Shown here piece after piece: positions 1-10,090 of a stretch of DNA of 64,000 nucleotides (its first letter is position 1; every line of letters starts with the position of its first letter). The notes below the pieces were generated by a model. It was not told where the DNA came from and searched no databases. It saw only the letters and a program-made list of their open reading frames with translations. The stretch comes from an uncultured bacterium. GTDB taxonomy: Bacteria > CSSED10-310 > CAZUFC01. The translations under genes and the position numbers were made by a program. The DNA lies in contig CAZUFC010000028.1 in NCBI GenBank assembly GCA_964619725.1, positions 1 through 64,000 of the forward strand, read 5' to 3'.

Positions 1-51
1 ATCTGCGGGAATCTGAACGCTCTCACTACGATTTTGTATGAGAAATCCGGG

Positions 52-579
52 CTAATGAGGTTCAATCAGACCGAAATTACCATCTTTTCTCCGATAAAGC
101 ACATTCACTTCCTCATTAGCGGAATTACGGAAGGCCAGAAAAGCCTCGTTGCCCATGTTCATTTGCATAACGGCTTCTTCCAGAGACATGGGTTTCGCTG
201 CAAATTTTTCGCTTCTAATGACTTTCGGCAGTTCGGGTTTGACTGTTTCGGGCATGGGAGCCGTATTGTTGGCCCGACTATTCTGCTTTTGTTTTTTTGA
301 GACGATCCGTCCCTTGTGTTTACGGATTTGTCGCTCTAAAGTGTCCATAACCTTGTCGATTGAAGAGTACATGTCTCCTGTCCATTCTTCAGCGTTCAGG
401 ACGAGCCCTTGTCCGTGCACCGAAATCTCAGCGATGTGTCGATATTTTTCGACGCTTAATGTGACTCGAATCTCAAGAATGTTTTCCAGATACTTGTCTA
501 ATTTGTGAATCTTCTTTTGAACATACTCTTTGAGGGCATCCGTCATTTCCATGCGACGCCCGGTGATTGTGATTTGCAT
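52..579 (-). CDS. hpf: Ribosome hibernation promoting factor (long HPF / sigma-54 modulation protein)
   Basis: MQITITGRRMEMTDALKEYV...DMYSSID...LERQIRKHK and C-terminal KPMSLEEAVMQM...VLYRRKDGNFGLIEP; directly downstream of rpoN; GGAG RBS before ATG 579. Confidence 0.95.
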   Translation of the reverse strand: MQITITGRRMEMTDALKEYVQKKIHKLDKYLENILEIRVTLSVEKYRHIAEISVHGQGLVLNAEEWTGDMYSSIDKVMDTLERQIRKHKGRIVSKKQKQNSRANNTAPMPETVKPELPKVIRSEKFAAKPMSLEEAVMQMNMGNEAFLAFRNSANEEVNVLYRRKDGNFGLIEPH

Positions 580-638
580 CAACTATCTCCTTCCAGAAAT
601 AAAAAATTCATCCGTAAGAATAGTTGGGTCTCTATTAA

Positions 639-2108
639 TCAGTAAACCCGTCTGCGATTCGACGGTAATATTTTTAGCTCTTCCCGGTATTTTGCCACGG
701 TCCTCCTGGCGATATTAATGCCCCTCTTTTTCAACATCGTGGCTATTTTCTGATCGCTTAACGGCTTTTTAGAATCTTCATGTGCTACAATATCTTTAAT
801 CATTTCTTTCACTCTTAATGATGATATGTCGTCGCCTGATGAAGAAGTCAATCCGCTGTGGAAGAAATATTTTATTTCAAAGATTCCCTGTGGAGTCTGC
901 ATATACTTGTTGGTTGATACGCGACTAACCGTGGATTCGTGCATCTCGATGTCCTCAGCGACATCCCGCAATACCATTGGTTTAAGGTAAGCCAGGCCTT
1001 TTTCGAAGAATTCATACTGCAGCTTGAGAATACTCGCAGAGACTTTCAGAATGGTCTGACGTCTTTGTTCGATGCTCCGCAAAAGCCACATGGCGCTTTT
1101 GTACTTCTGTTCCACGTATTGTCTTGCTTTATTGGAGGCGTCCTTTCCATAACTCAGGAAAGTCTTGTAGTTATTGCTGATCCTTAAACGGGGGATGCCC
1201 TGATCGTTCAGAGTGATGACGTATTCGTTTCCGACTTTTTCGATAAAAACATCGGGAATAATGTATGAAGACGGCTGACTGGAAAAACTGCGTCCCGGTT
1301 TCGGCTCAAAACGTCTCAACTGACTGACCGCTTCCTGGACTTCTTCTAAAGTCGCATCAAGTCTTTTTGCTATTTCAGCGTATCCGTTTCTTTCGACCAG
1401 GGGCAGATAATACATCACTATTTTTTCTACGAGAGCCCCTTTTAGTTCGCTTTCTCTTATCTGTATCAGAAGGCATTCTCTCGGATCACGGGCGCCTACT
1501 CCTATAGGATCGAACTGTTGTACAATTTTCAGGATATTTTCCACTGATTCCGGTTCGCAACCGATTTGATCAGCGATCTCTTCCGTTGAAACCGTCAAAT
1601 ATCCGTCGTCGTTAATGTTTCCAATTATTTCAGAGGCGATGTCATGGTCATCTGGAGTCAATCTTTTCATATCCAGTTGCCAGGTCAGATGCTCCGACAA
1701 GGTTGAAGCGCGAGCTCGAATGATGTTTTCGAGAGCGATCATTTCTTTCTTTTCATAGGAATAATTTCGAAATTCCCTATTGTCCAGAAGAAGTTGTTCC
1801 CATTCAGCTTCGGTCAATTTGTCGTCTTTACCGTTGTTCATATCTGAATTATCGTCGAGTTTGCCGTCATTTCCCGATTCCAGTTGCTCCAGGGTTTTGT
1901 TCCCTTCGCTTGAATCAACCGTTGAAGCGGTGAAGTGCGGGTCCTCTACCGACAAATCCTCAAGAACGGGATTCTCCAGGACTTCCTGATTCAATTCGTC
2001 AATCAATTCGAGCTTGTTCAACTGAAGCAGCTTGATCGCCTGCTGAAGACTCGGCGTCATGACCAATTTGGTCGCCAATTTCATCTGTAACCTTTGTTCT
2101 AAGGCCAT
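639..2108 (-). CDS. rpoN: RNA polymerase sigma-54 factor
   Basis: N-terminal MTPSLQQAIKLLQL, HESTVSR, and RpoN box ARRTVAKYRE. Confidence 0.98.
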   Translation of the reverse strand: MALEQRLQMKLATKLVMTPSLQQAIKLLQLNKLELIDELNQEVLENPVLEDLSVEDPHFTASTVDSSEGNKTLEQLESGNDGKLDDNSDMNNGKDDKLTEAEWEQLLLDNREFRNYSYEKKEMIALENIIRARASTLSEHLTWQLDMKRLTPDDHDIASEIIGNINDDGYLTVSTEEIADQIGCEPESVENILKIVQQFDPIGVGARDPRECLLIQIRESELKGALVEKIVMYYLPLVERNGYAEIAKRLDATLEEVQEAVSQLRRFEPKPGRSFSSQPSSYIIPDVFIEKVGNEYVITLNDQGIPRLRISNNYKTFLSYGKDASNKARQYVEQKYKSAMWLLRSIEQRRQTILKVSASILKLQYEFFEKGLAYLKPMVLRDVAEDIEMHESTVSRVSTNKYMQTPQGIFEIKYFFHSGLTSSSGDDISSLRVKEMIKDIVAHEDSKKPLSDQKIATMLKKRGINIARRTVAKYREELKILPSNRRRVY

Positions 2109-2167
2109 ATGCAAAACCCTTTACTAGTAGTCTACATGGTGACTATCCACGTCCTCCATCATTTTTT

Positions 2168-2196
2168 ATATTATCACTTTCCATGAATCTTGTCAA
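2168..2196 (-). promoter_or_regulatory. Putative sigma-70 promoter for rpoN-hpf
   Basis: Minus strand TTGACA-N17-TAATAT about 60 nt upstream of the rpoN start. Confidence 0.55.
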
Positions 2197-2202
2197 AAAG
2201 GC

Positions 2203-2931
2203 TCAGAGTCTAAAATTGTCTCCGAGATAAAACCGACGAACTTTTTCACTTCTCGCAATGGCATCCGGGTCTCCTTCTTCCAGAATTTTCCCTTCATTGA
2301 TGATATAAGCTCTGTCGGTAATTTGCAACGTGTCGCGAACGTTGTGATCGGTGATAAGAATTCCGATGCCTCTCTCTTTCAACTGAGAAACGATAGATTG
2401 AATATCGCCGACCGCCATGGGGTCTATGCCTGCAAAAGGCTCATCCAATAAAATAAAAGAGGGTGAAGAGACAAGCGCCCGTGTGATTTCAACCCGGCGC
2501 CGTTCTCCGCCCGACAATGAGTAGGCTTTCTGATCAGCCAAATGCGAGATGCTCAATTCATTCAATAATTCGTTCATACGAATTTCGCGTTCCGAACGGG
2601 ACATATCCAGCGTTTCAAGCACGGCAAGAATGTTTTCCTTGACAGTGAGTTTGCGAAATATCGAGGGCTCCTGAGTCAGATAGCCGACCCCTCTTCGGGC
2701 TCGTGCGTACATCGGGAGCAAGGTTATTCTTTCCTCATCCAGGAATACTTCACCTGAATCGGGCCTGGCCAGGCCTACAATCATGTAGAAGGTGGTAGTT
2801 TTACCTGCGCCGTTCGGGCCCAGCAAGCCGACAACTTCGCCCTGAGTAACGTGGATGTTGACTCGATCAACGACTATTTTTCTTTTATAGGATTTTATGA
2901 GATTTTTTGTTTCCAGGATTCTGTTTTTCAT
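2203..2931 (-). CDS. lptB: LPS export ABC transporter ATP-binding protein
   Basis: Walker [10 protein letters not shown], signature [26 protein letters not shown]; canonical lptB-rpoN order; start placed at MKNRILE (2931), the ORF track extends to 2967. Confidence 0.95.
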   Translation of the reverse strand: MKNRILETKNLIKSYKRKIVVDRVNIHVTQGEVVGLLGPNGAGKTTTFYMIVGLARPDSGEVFLDEERITLLPMYARARRGVGYLTQEPSIFRKLTVKENILAVLETLDMSRSEREIRMNELLNELSISHLADQKAYSLSGGERRRVEITRALVSSPSFILLDEPFAGIDPMAVGDIQSIVSQLKERGIGILITDHNVRDTLQITDRAYIINEGKILEEGDPDAIARSEKVRRFYLGDNFRL

Positions 2932-5182
2932 GAGGTTGATTATCCGATTCAAATTTTCCGTCGTCAAATGAAGGCATTTGCTCCTCAGCAGTTTTTTCCT
3001 GTTCTTTTTTCTTTCCAGCCGCGGTTTCCGGCGGCATGAAAATGGATTTCCCCTGTTTCACTTTATAGCTTCGATTAATCAAGTCAAGCTCAATCAGTTT
3101 TCCAAAACTGCCTCGATCTTCCATCCAAATACGAGCCTTATCTTCCGTTTCTCCTGTGAGATAAACGATTTTTGTTCGCTCTGAATATCTCAAACCATCG
3201 GATTGAGCTCTAATTTCATTGAGCTTTAGTTCCACATTATTTTCTGCGGATATTTCGGACAGGAAACCCGACTCTTCATCAATTTTAACGGTTAACTTTT
3301 CACATGTCAGCGCAAGGTCTCCCTTGTCGACTTTAACGTTCCCTCTGAAATTGATTATATTTCGCTCTCCGTCGAATTCCGAGCTGTCGGCTTTTATCCA
3401 TGTTGAACGAGGCAGAGACGATCCCGCCTCATCAGAACCCTCCTTCCCGCCAGGATTTCCGGCTGCTGATGCAGCATCGCTTTCAACATAAGATTCAACA
3501 GAATTGGAACACAGTATTTTCTCCTGGCTGAGCAGAAAAACCATTTTTTCTGCTCTCGTATAGGCATTGCCCTGCCAGATTTTGGCATCTCCGGCTAATA
3601 TGAAGCGATCATCCTCAGCTTCATATTTGCCCTCATCACCGGAAACTATGTAATTTTCTCTCGTATACCGGATGCCCTCAGGAAACTCGGCGCTCCGGAT
3701 ACTGTTCTGCTCCAGGTCGCTCCATTCAATCATCATTACATCGGTCAATATAGTCTCATCCTGCGTTTTTATGACGACAGAATCACGAAATTCCGTTATT
3801 CCCTGATCTTCATCATGTTCCGCATATTCCGACTGAAGCATAATCGAATCAGCCTGGTTCAGGCTGTTGAAAAACCCCAGGGATACGACGGATTCATCGC
3901 TCGATTCTTTCGAATTCTCTTTTTTGTCCTTTCGCGCAAAAGTCCCTCTAACCTCCCCCAATAAACGATATCGTTCCTCACTCATAAGATAAATTATTTT
4001 GTTCGCTTTTAAATTTGCATTTTCACTTTGAAGCCGAGGATTCTCAGTCAGTAGAATTTTTGCCTCACTCTTGTTGAGAATAGCGGAATCCGAAAACAAG
4101 AGGTCTTGTCCCATTCTACCCCTGACGTCGCCTTTAGCGACAGCTCCAAGGAATTCCCCCTCTTCGGCATTCATGAACAATTCCAGACGATCAGCGGCAA
4201 ATCTTCTGTTCGGCTGAACGATGACGACTCTAGGAAGAAAAAGGAATGACCCTGAATCAGGGTGATAGGCTAAAAAATCGCTTTTTATCTGCGTTTTTTC
4301 AGTTATTTCATATTCCAACACATCGTCATTGTCCGATTCTTGCTGTTCCTCGTCAGGCATAAGCAATACTTCGACGTTGTTTTCAGCGAAAAAATACTTC
4401 CTGCGATTATTCAATGAAAAAGATATTTTGTCTGCGGATAAGAAATGAGGGCCATGTTTCGCTATCGCATTTCGGCTGAATTCCACTATTTCGTTCGCTC
4501 GGGACCATTGAAATAGATCAGAAAATATTTTAACGGGCGAGTCCAACTTTTCCATTTCATTTCCTTCTCCTGGAATCTCAATTAACTCCGCCTCAACATC
4601 GCCTCTGATCTCCAGAGTTTCTTCATCAATATCCACAATCATCTCTTTTCCCTTAATCCAGGCGCTTCCATATTGAAAATGAACCGGCGATTCGCTTGTG
4701 ATGGTCTGCTCCGATTCCTTATAAACAATCTCTTGACCTTTGAATTTTACGGAACGATCATCTGCTATTCCCAGGGACATTGTTCCCCTGATATTTTCTT
4801 CAAGCCGCAGATATCCCTCTTTTTGATCCCAGATGCCGGAATCAGCCGTTATTTCATAAATGCGTCCCTTAAGATCGAAAAATTGAATCTGGGAAATATC
4901 TTTTAAATGCACCCGGGAATCTCTTTTATCATCGTGTCGGAAAAGATACGCTGTTTCGGAACTGATTTCCCATTCTTTTCTTCCTTCTTTCATGATGGTT
5001 CGCCGAAAATTTTTTACCGCCGCATCTGGAACGGATTGATCCGCGCTGTACGAAACAGGGGTTTCCTTCACTATATTTTCTTTTTCGTCATTCTCCCAGG
5101 TTTTCCCCCGAAGGAGGAAATAAACCGAAGAACTGATGAGAAGGAGTAGGATAAAAAGCAGGAATTTACGAAGATGCTTCAT
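2885..5182 (-). CDS. Large LptC/LptA(OstA)-like multi-jellyroll LPS transport protein
   Basis: N-terminal membrane anchor, then an LptC-like region (WEISSETA...ITADSG) and several OstA-like repeats (e.g. [19 protein letters not shown]...AENNV); sits at the lptC/lptA position upstream of lptB. Confidence 0.8.
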   Translation of the reverse strand: MKHLRKFLLFILLLLISSSVYFLLRGKTWENDEKENIVKETPVSYSADQSVPDAAVKNFRRTIMKEGRKEWEISSETAYLFRHDDKRDSRVHLKDISQIQFFDLKGRIYEITADSGIWDQKEGYLRLEENIRGTMSLGIADDRSVKFKGQEIVYKESEQTITSESPVHFQYGSAWIKGKEMIVDIDEETLEIRGDVEAELIEIPGEGNEMEKLDSPVKIFSDLFQWSRANEIVEFSRNAIAKHGPHFLSADKISFSLNNRRKYFFAENNVEVLLMPDEEQQESDNDDVLEYEITEKTQIKSDFLAYHPDSGSFLFLPRVVIVQPNRRFAADRLELFMNAEEGEFLGAVAKGDVRGRMGQDLLFSDSAILNKSEAKILLTENPRLQSENANLKANKIIYLMSEERYRLLGEVRGTFARKDKKENSKESSDESVVSLGFFNSLNQADSIMLQSEYAEHDEDQGITEFRDSVVIKTQDETILTDVMMIEWSDLEQNSIRSAEFPEGIRYTRENYIVSGDEGKYEAEDDRFILAGDAKIWQGNAYTRAEKMVFLLSQEKILCSNSVESYVESDAASAAGNPGGKEGSDEAGSSLPRSTWIKADSSEFDGERNIINFRGNVKVDKGDLALTCEKLTVKIDEESGFLSEISAENNVELKLNEIRAQSDGLRYSERTKIVYLTGETEDKARIWMEDRGSFGKLIELDLINRSYKVKQGKSIFMPPETAAGKKKEQEKTAEEQMPSFDDGKFESDNQPHEKQNPGNKKSHKIL

Positions 5183-5199
5183 AATGTGTCAATGAGTAA

Positions 5200-5685
5200 T
5201 CATATTTCACGAAAAAAAGGTGAGAACTGATCATATGCATTCTCCAGGAGGTCCGGAATGACCCTGGTCTGAACGCAAACGCTCATGAAGTTCGTATCGC
5301 CGCTCCACCTCGGGACCATATGCCAGTGCAAATGAGATTCTACGCCGGCGCCTGCGGCTTTTCCTATGTTGACGCCTATGTTGAAACCTTGAGGCTTCAA
5401 AACCTCACGTAATATCTCTTCGCTTTTCACCAGCAGATGATTAATATCCTTCCATTCCGCGTCGGTTAATTCAGAAAAACGGCCGCAATGTCGACCGGGA
5501 CAGATCATCAAATGTCCCGGATTGTAAGGATACTTATTTAACAAAACGAATATGTTTTCATTTCTGTATAAAATGTAATCGTTTTCTTTGGTCTCTTTCC
5601 GAAAGAGACGACACAGCAGACACCCGACTTTTTTTTCGGATCTGATGTATTCGATACGCCAAGGCGCCCAGATAATGTTTTCCAT
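5200..5685 (-). CDS. HIT-family hydrolase (Ap4A phosphorylase-like)
   Basis: IWAPWR N-terminus, NKYPYNPGHLM, histidine triad HLHWH, RWSGDTNFM. Confidence 0.92.
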   Translation of the reverse strand: MENIIWAPWRIEYIRSEKKVGCLLCRLFRKETKENDYILYRNENIFVLLNKYPYNPGHLMICPGRHCGRFSELTDAEWKDINHLLVKSEEILREVLKPQGFNIGVNIGKAAGAGVESHLHWHMVPRWSGDTNFMSVCVQTRVIPDLLENAYDQFSPFFREI

Positions 5686-5789
5686 AGATATGACCTCATT
5701 TGCTCGATTTCCGGACAAAGGTCCGTACCTCAAAAAATATTAAGTTAAATTTCATAAAACTACAAACGGAATAATTTCAATGGAATGAA

Positions 5790-5832
5790 AATAAAAATAA
5801 AAGGCGGATCATGAAAATCACGAACCGCCTTT
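5790..5832 (-). terminator. Intrinsic terminator after rpsA
   Basis: Minus strand AAAGGCGG-TTCGTGATTTTCATGAT-CCGCCTTT followed by TATTTTTATTTT. Confidence 0.75.
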
Positions 5833-5983
5833 AAAGCGCTGGAGTTCATTTTATCGGTTACAGACGTTTAAATGCCGACAGCATCAAAGCATGGATGTTA
5901 TTTTCTCCATAATTCAAGATCATACTTCCATTTTCACAGGCGATTTCATTTTTCCTGATTCTTGCGGCGGGGTAACTTCTGCC

Positions 5984-8098
5984 CTATTCAGCCTTTTTTT
6001 CCTCTTCAACGTCTGTCGCTTGTTTTTCCTCTTCTGATTTCTGAGCGGCATCCTCCTCCGCCTGTTTTTCCTCTTCTGATTCTACGGACTCTTGCCCTTC
6101 CGATTCATCTGCGGTTTTTTCAGTTTTTAAATCCGCTTCATGTTCTTCCGCTGCCGTTTCGACATCAGGCGCTTCATCCTGTTCATTTTCATCGCTTTCA
6201 GCTTGAACCTTTTCTTTTTCGTCTTCCTGCGCATCTTCTGCCGTCTCGGCTGTCTCCTCTGCCTGTTCCCCTTCATCCTGCGGTTCTGAATCTTCAGCGG
6301 TTTCTATATCTTTGTCGATCACATCGCCCATGGTGGAAAGAGGTTTGTCCGCTTCGATCTGTTCCATTATTTTTTGAGTCTCGGCTTTTTCAAGCGATTC
6401 TTTGTAAGCTCTAACGCTGAGTCCAATGCGTCTTTCATCCGGTTCAATTTTGAGGACCTGCATGGTGAGTTCTTCGCCCTCATTGCAGACTTCATCGGGA
6501 TGAGAAATGCGTTTTGAATCCAATTCAGAGATGTGGACCAATCCTTCAATACCGCCTTCGAGTTCAACGAAAACGCCGAAATCAGTATTTCTGATAACTG
6601 TCCCTTTAACGATCGAACCGGGTCTGAATTTTTCGTTGGCATCGGTCCAGGGATTCTCCACCGTATGTTTAAGGCTTAAAGAAAGTCTTTCGTTTTCAGG
6701 ATCGATATCGAGCACTTTCGCTTCGACTTTCTCGCCTTTTCTAAGCATTTCCGAAGGATGATTGATTCTTTTGGTCCAGGACATGTCGGAAATGTGAATC
6801 AATCCGTCTACGCCTTCTTCAAGTTCTATGAAAGCGCCGAAATTGGTCAGATTGCGGACTCTCCCTGCAACGGTGCACCCGATAGGATATTTTTCTTCGA
6901 CCAAATCCCAGGGGTTGGGTTCCGCCTGCTTCATCCCCAGAGATATGCGTTTGTTTTCCTTGTCCAAGTCCAATACAACGGCTTCAATGGTATCAGAAAC
7001 GGAAACCAGTTTGGACGGATGCTTGATTCGTCTGGTCCAGGACATTTCAGATACGTGCACGAGACCTTCAACGCCTTCTTCCAATTCCACGAAAGCGCCG
7101 TAATCGGTAAGACTTATCACCTTGCCGGTCACCTTTGTTCCGATAGGATATTTTTTGTCGGCCGTTTCCCAGGGGTCCGGAGTTTTCTGTTTCAGGCCTA
7201 AAGAAACTCTCTCCGTCTCAGGATCAAATTTCAACACCATCACTTCAACGCGATCCCCGATTACGAATAATTCAGACGGATGGTTCACTCTGCCCCATGA
7301 CATATCAGTAATATGCAGCAAGCCGTCGATTCCGCCTAAGTCAATGAACGCTCCGTATTCCGTAATGTTTTTCACTGTGCCTTCCACAATGGCGTTTTCT
7401 GTAAGAGCTTCCAGGGTCTCTTTCTTTAATTTTTCACGTTCTTCCTCGAGGATGGCTCGTCGCGATAAAACTATGTTGCCTCGACGCTTGTTCAGTTTGA
7501 TTACTTTCATCTCCAGCGTCTGACCGATCAGCGATTCCGGGTCTCGTACGGGTCTGATGTCGATCTGGGAACCAGGCAAAAAGGCCCTTACTCCGATGTC
7601 CATGGTCAAGCCGCCTTTTATTTTGCTTATCACTTTGCCTTCGATGATTTCACCGTTTTCGTAGATGCGGTTGATCTTATCCCAAATTTTAATTTTATCC
7701 GCTTTCTCCTTGGATAAAACAATCAATCCTTCGCTGTCCTCTGTTTTTTCAAGATAAACATCAATTTCGTCGCCTACTTTAAGGCTTCCTTCGTCAAGTA
7801 CATTACGAAATTCCTCAATCGAAATAGCGCCTTCCGATTTATACCCTACATCCACAAGCACTTCATCTTCAGTGATCTCAAGAATGCGGCCTGTAACCAC
7901 CTGGCCTTCGTTGATGTTACGGAATGTTTCTTCATATATTTTTTCCATATCTTCAGGTTCGAGTTCTTCCCATTCCGCTTCGTCGACTTTCATTTCCAAT
8001 TCCGAATGAGCGCCGACATTCTGTTCCAATTCAGAATTTTGTTCCACTGAGTCTTCTGTCGTTTTAGATTCGACGTCTTGACTATCGTCTTTAATCAT
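5984..8098 (-). CDS. rpsA: 30S ribosomal protein S1 with long acidic C-terminal tail
   Basis: Six S1 repeats (DVGYKSEG; AFLPGSQID; GAFIDLGGIDGLLHITDMSW etc.); GGGGAGG RBS upstream of ATG 8098. Confidence 0.97.
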   Translation of the reverse strand: MIKDDSQDVESKTTEDSVEQNSELEQNVGAHSELEMKVDEAEWEELEPEDMEKIYEETFRNINEGQVVTGRILEITEDEVLVDVGYKSEGAISIEEFRNVLDEGSLKVGDEIDVYLEKTEDSEGLIVLSKEKADKIKIWDKINRIYENGEIIEGKVISKIKGGLTMDIGVRAFLPGSQIDIRPVRDPESLIGQTLEMKVIKLNKRRGNIVLSRRAILEEEREKLKKETLEALTENAIVEGTVKNITEYGAFIDLGGIDGLLHITDMSWGRVNHPSELFVIGDRVEVMVLKFDPETERVSLGLKQKTPDPWETADKKYPIGTKVTGKVISLTDYGAFVELEEGVEGLVHVSEMSWTRRIKHPSKLVSVSDTIEAVVLDLDKENKRISLGMKQAEPNPWDLVEEKYPIGCTVAGRVRNLTNFGAFIELEEGVDGLIHISDMSWTKRINHPSEMLRKGEKVEAKVLDIDPENERLSLSLKHTVENPWTDANEKFRPGSIVKGTVIRNTDFGVFVELEGGIEGLVHISELDSKRISHPDEVCNEGEELTMQVLKIEPDERRIGLSVRAYKESLEKAETQKIMEQIEADKPLSTMGDVIDKDIETAEDSEPQDEGEQAEETAETAEDAQEDEKEKVQAESDENEQDEAPDVETAAEEHEADLKTEKTADESEGQESVESEEEKQAEEDAAQKSEEEKQATDVEEEKKAE

Positions 8099-8184
8099 TA
8101 ATGAGGTACCTCCCCAACATAAAATCTTTCCCTTCCACCAGAAACGGCGAGGGATTACAGTCCTTGATGGGACTGCGATGGGCA

Positions 8185-8213
8185 ATTCTAACAACCCTTT
8201 CTTCTTACTGCAA
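8185..8213 (-). promoter_or_regulatory. Putative sigma-70 promoter of rpsA
   Basis: Minus strand TTGCAG-N17-TAGAAT about 85 nt upstream of the start codon. Confidence 0.6.
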
Positions 8214-8251
8214 GGAAAAAAACGAATAAATATGGACAGAATTTGATATGT

Positions 8252-9598
8252 TCAGCGAATATTTCGTCTTTTTCGCACTTTCCATTTAAATTTTACAGGC
8301 GTCCCGGTTAAATCGAACTGAACTCTCAATCTGTTTTCCAGGTATCTTTCAAATGAAAAATGGACGAATCTGCTGTCGTTCACAATAAAATGAAAAGCAG
8401 GAGGTCTAATGCCGGTTTGAGAAACGTAAAAAATTTTAAAAGGTTTGCCCGACGGCAGTCTGGGGGCATGATGCCTTTTCAGGGCATTTTCAAGCCATTC
8501 ATTCAGTTTCGACGTCGGTAATTTGGAATTATAACGCTCATAAATTTTACTGATATGATCAGGAATCATATGGATATTGCCGGCTTGAAGAGCTGAGATA
8601 AAGATAACGGGAGCATAGGCCAGAAAAGGCATTTTATCGTTTAACAGACGTAGAAATTCCTGTCTTGCTTTATTTCCTTTCGGCTTGACGTCCCATTTAT
8701 TTACGGCGATCAGGCAGCTTCTGCCGAGTTCTTTGATATATCCGCCGATCCGGACATCCTGATTTGCAATGCTTTGTTCAGCATCAAGCAAAAGCACGGC
8801 GACATCGCATTGTCGAATGCTCCGCATGGCCATAATAACGCAGTATTTTTCGAGAGCCGAGACGGTTTTGGATTTACGGCGAATGCCTGCGGTATCAATC
8901 AAAGTAAAGGTGTTTCCATTGATCTTTACTTTAGTGTCTATGGAATCTCTGGTGGTTCCTGCGACCGGAGACACGATCATTCGTTCCGAGCCAAGTATGG
9001 CATTGACCAATGAAGATTTACCCACGTTAGGTTTTCCAACTACGGAAACCCTGATTCCGGGCGAGGCCACAGGAGAAGATTTGATGTCAGGGGCTCTTTC
9101 CCTGACTATATCTATTATGTCTTCAATGCCCAGGCCGTGTTCTGCGGATACGGCAACAGGTTCTCCCAGACCGAAAGAATAAAAAACGCCGACATCTTCC
9201 TTCCTGTATTCATTATCCACTTTGTTCACAATCAGGACAATTTTTTCGCTGTATTTCCTCAATTTATCGACGATCTCCCAATCACCGGGAACCGGACCGG
9301 TTTTTACGTCAACCAGAAAAAAAATCAGGTCAGACTCTTCAAGACTCTTCCATACCTGTTCAGCGGTTTTTTCGCCTACAATGCCCTCGGCGATTTTATC
9401 CGGTCCGCCAGTATCGACTACCCTGAAGATAACGTCTCCCCAATCGCAAATGCCTGTTTTTCTGTCCCTGGTTACACCCGGATCGTTTTTGACGATGGCG
9501 CTGCGTTTCTGTACAAGCCGATTAAAAAGGGTCGACTTGCCCACATTCGTCCTGCCGATGATAGCGATTGTCGGTAAGCCGTCTTGTTCAAATATCAT
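8252..9598 (-). CDS. der: Ribosome biogenesis double GTPase Der/EngA
   Basis: Two G-domains (GRTNVGKS/DTGG/NKVD and GKPNVGKS/DTAG/NKWD) plus C-terminal KH-like domain. Confidence 0.97.
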   Translation of the reverse strand: MIFEQDGLPTIAIIGRTNVGKSTLFNRLVQKRSAIVKNDPGVTRDRKTGICDWGDVIFRVVDTGGPDKIAEGIVGEKTAEQVWKSLEESDLIFFLVDVKTGPVPGDWEIVDKLRKYSEKIVLIVNKVDNEYRKEDVGVFYSFGLGEPVAVSAEHGLGIEDIIDIVRERAPDIKSSPVASPGIRVSVVGKPNVGKSSLVNAILGSERMIVSPVAGTTRDSIDTKVKINGNTFTLIDTAGIRRKSKTVSALEKYCVIMAMRSIRQCDVAVLLLDAEQSIANQDVRIGGYIKELGRSCLIAVNKWDVKPKGNKARQEFLRLLNDKMPFLAYAPVIFISALQAGNIHMIPDHISKIYERYNSKLPTSKLNEWLENALKRHHAPRLPSGKPFKIFYVSQTGIRPPAFHFIVNDSRFVHFSFERYLENRLRVQFDLTGTPVKFKWKVRKRRNIR

Positions 9599-9797
9599 AT
9601 ATCTTCACCCGTGGTGAAATTAATTCTATCCTGATGCAGATCAGAGGACTGATATTTCTTTTTTTCTTAATAAATAGAGTCCCCGCTGAATTAGATTTTT
9701 TCATTGAATCGGACCTGCAGGGAATAAGTGATTTGACAAAGCTTTCATTTCTCGAGTAAAAATTTAGTGAATACCGACCGCCCAGGTCGGTATCCTG

Positions 9798-10025
9798 ATG
9801 GAAATTAATTCTTTGCATTTTACAGAAGGATTTAATGTCGTGAATTCAGCCCCTGAAACGGAAGAAAATGTGAAAAAGAGCGCCGACAAACCGGAATACG
9901 GCGAGGACGATCCTTTTCTGGATAAAATTGTTCTTATATTTCTGATAATTTTTTTTCTCGCCGTCATTCTTATTCCCTCTGAGTGGTTCTTGAAAGCATC
10001 CATGTGGTGGAACGGCATCGGTTAA
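9798..10025 (+). CDS. Possible small single-pass membrane protein
   Basis: Acidic N-part then one hydrophobic segment (IVLIFLIIFFLAVILIP); fills the gap between der and the DUF1573 gene; no recognisable family. Confidence 0.4.
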   Translation: MEINSLHFTEGFNVVNSAPETEENVKKSADKPEYGEDDPFLDKIVLIFLIIFFLAVILIPSEWFLKASMWWNGIG

Positions 10026-10090
10026 GACCTATCTTTTCCAGGAAGCGGCTGCCTGAATCACAAAAAATCGGATCAGAAGCGCCGATTTCA

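Noticed and set aside
8101-8194. N-terminal extension of RpsA given by the ORF track (similarly for speD 20797-20925)
   Set aside because: Strong RBSs sit at the downstream starts, and the rpsA extension overlaps its predicted promoter.
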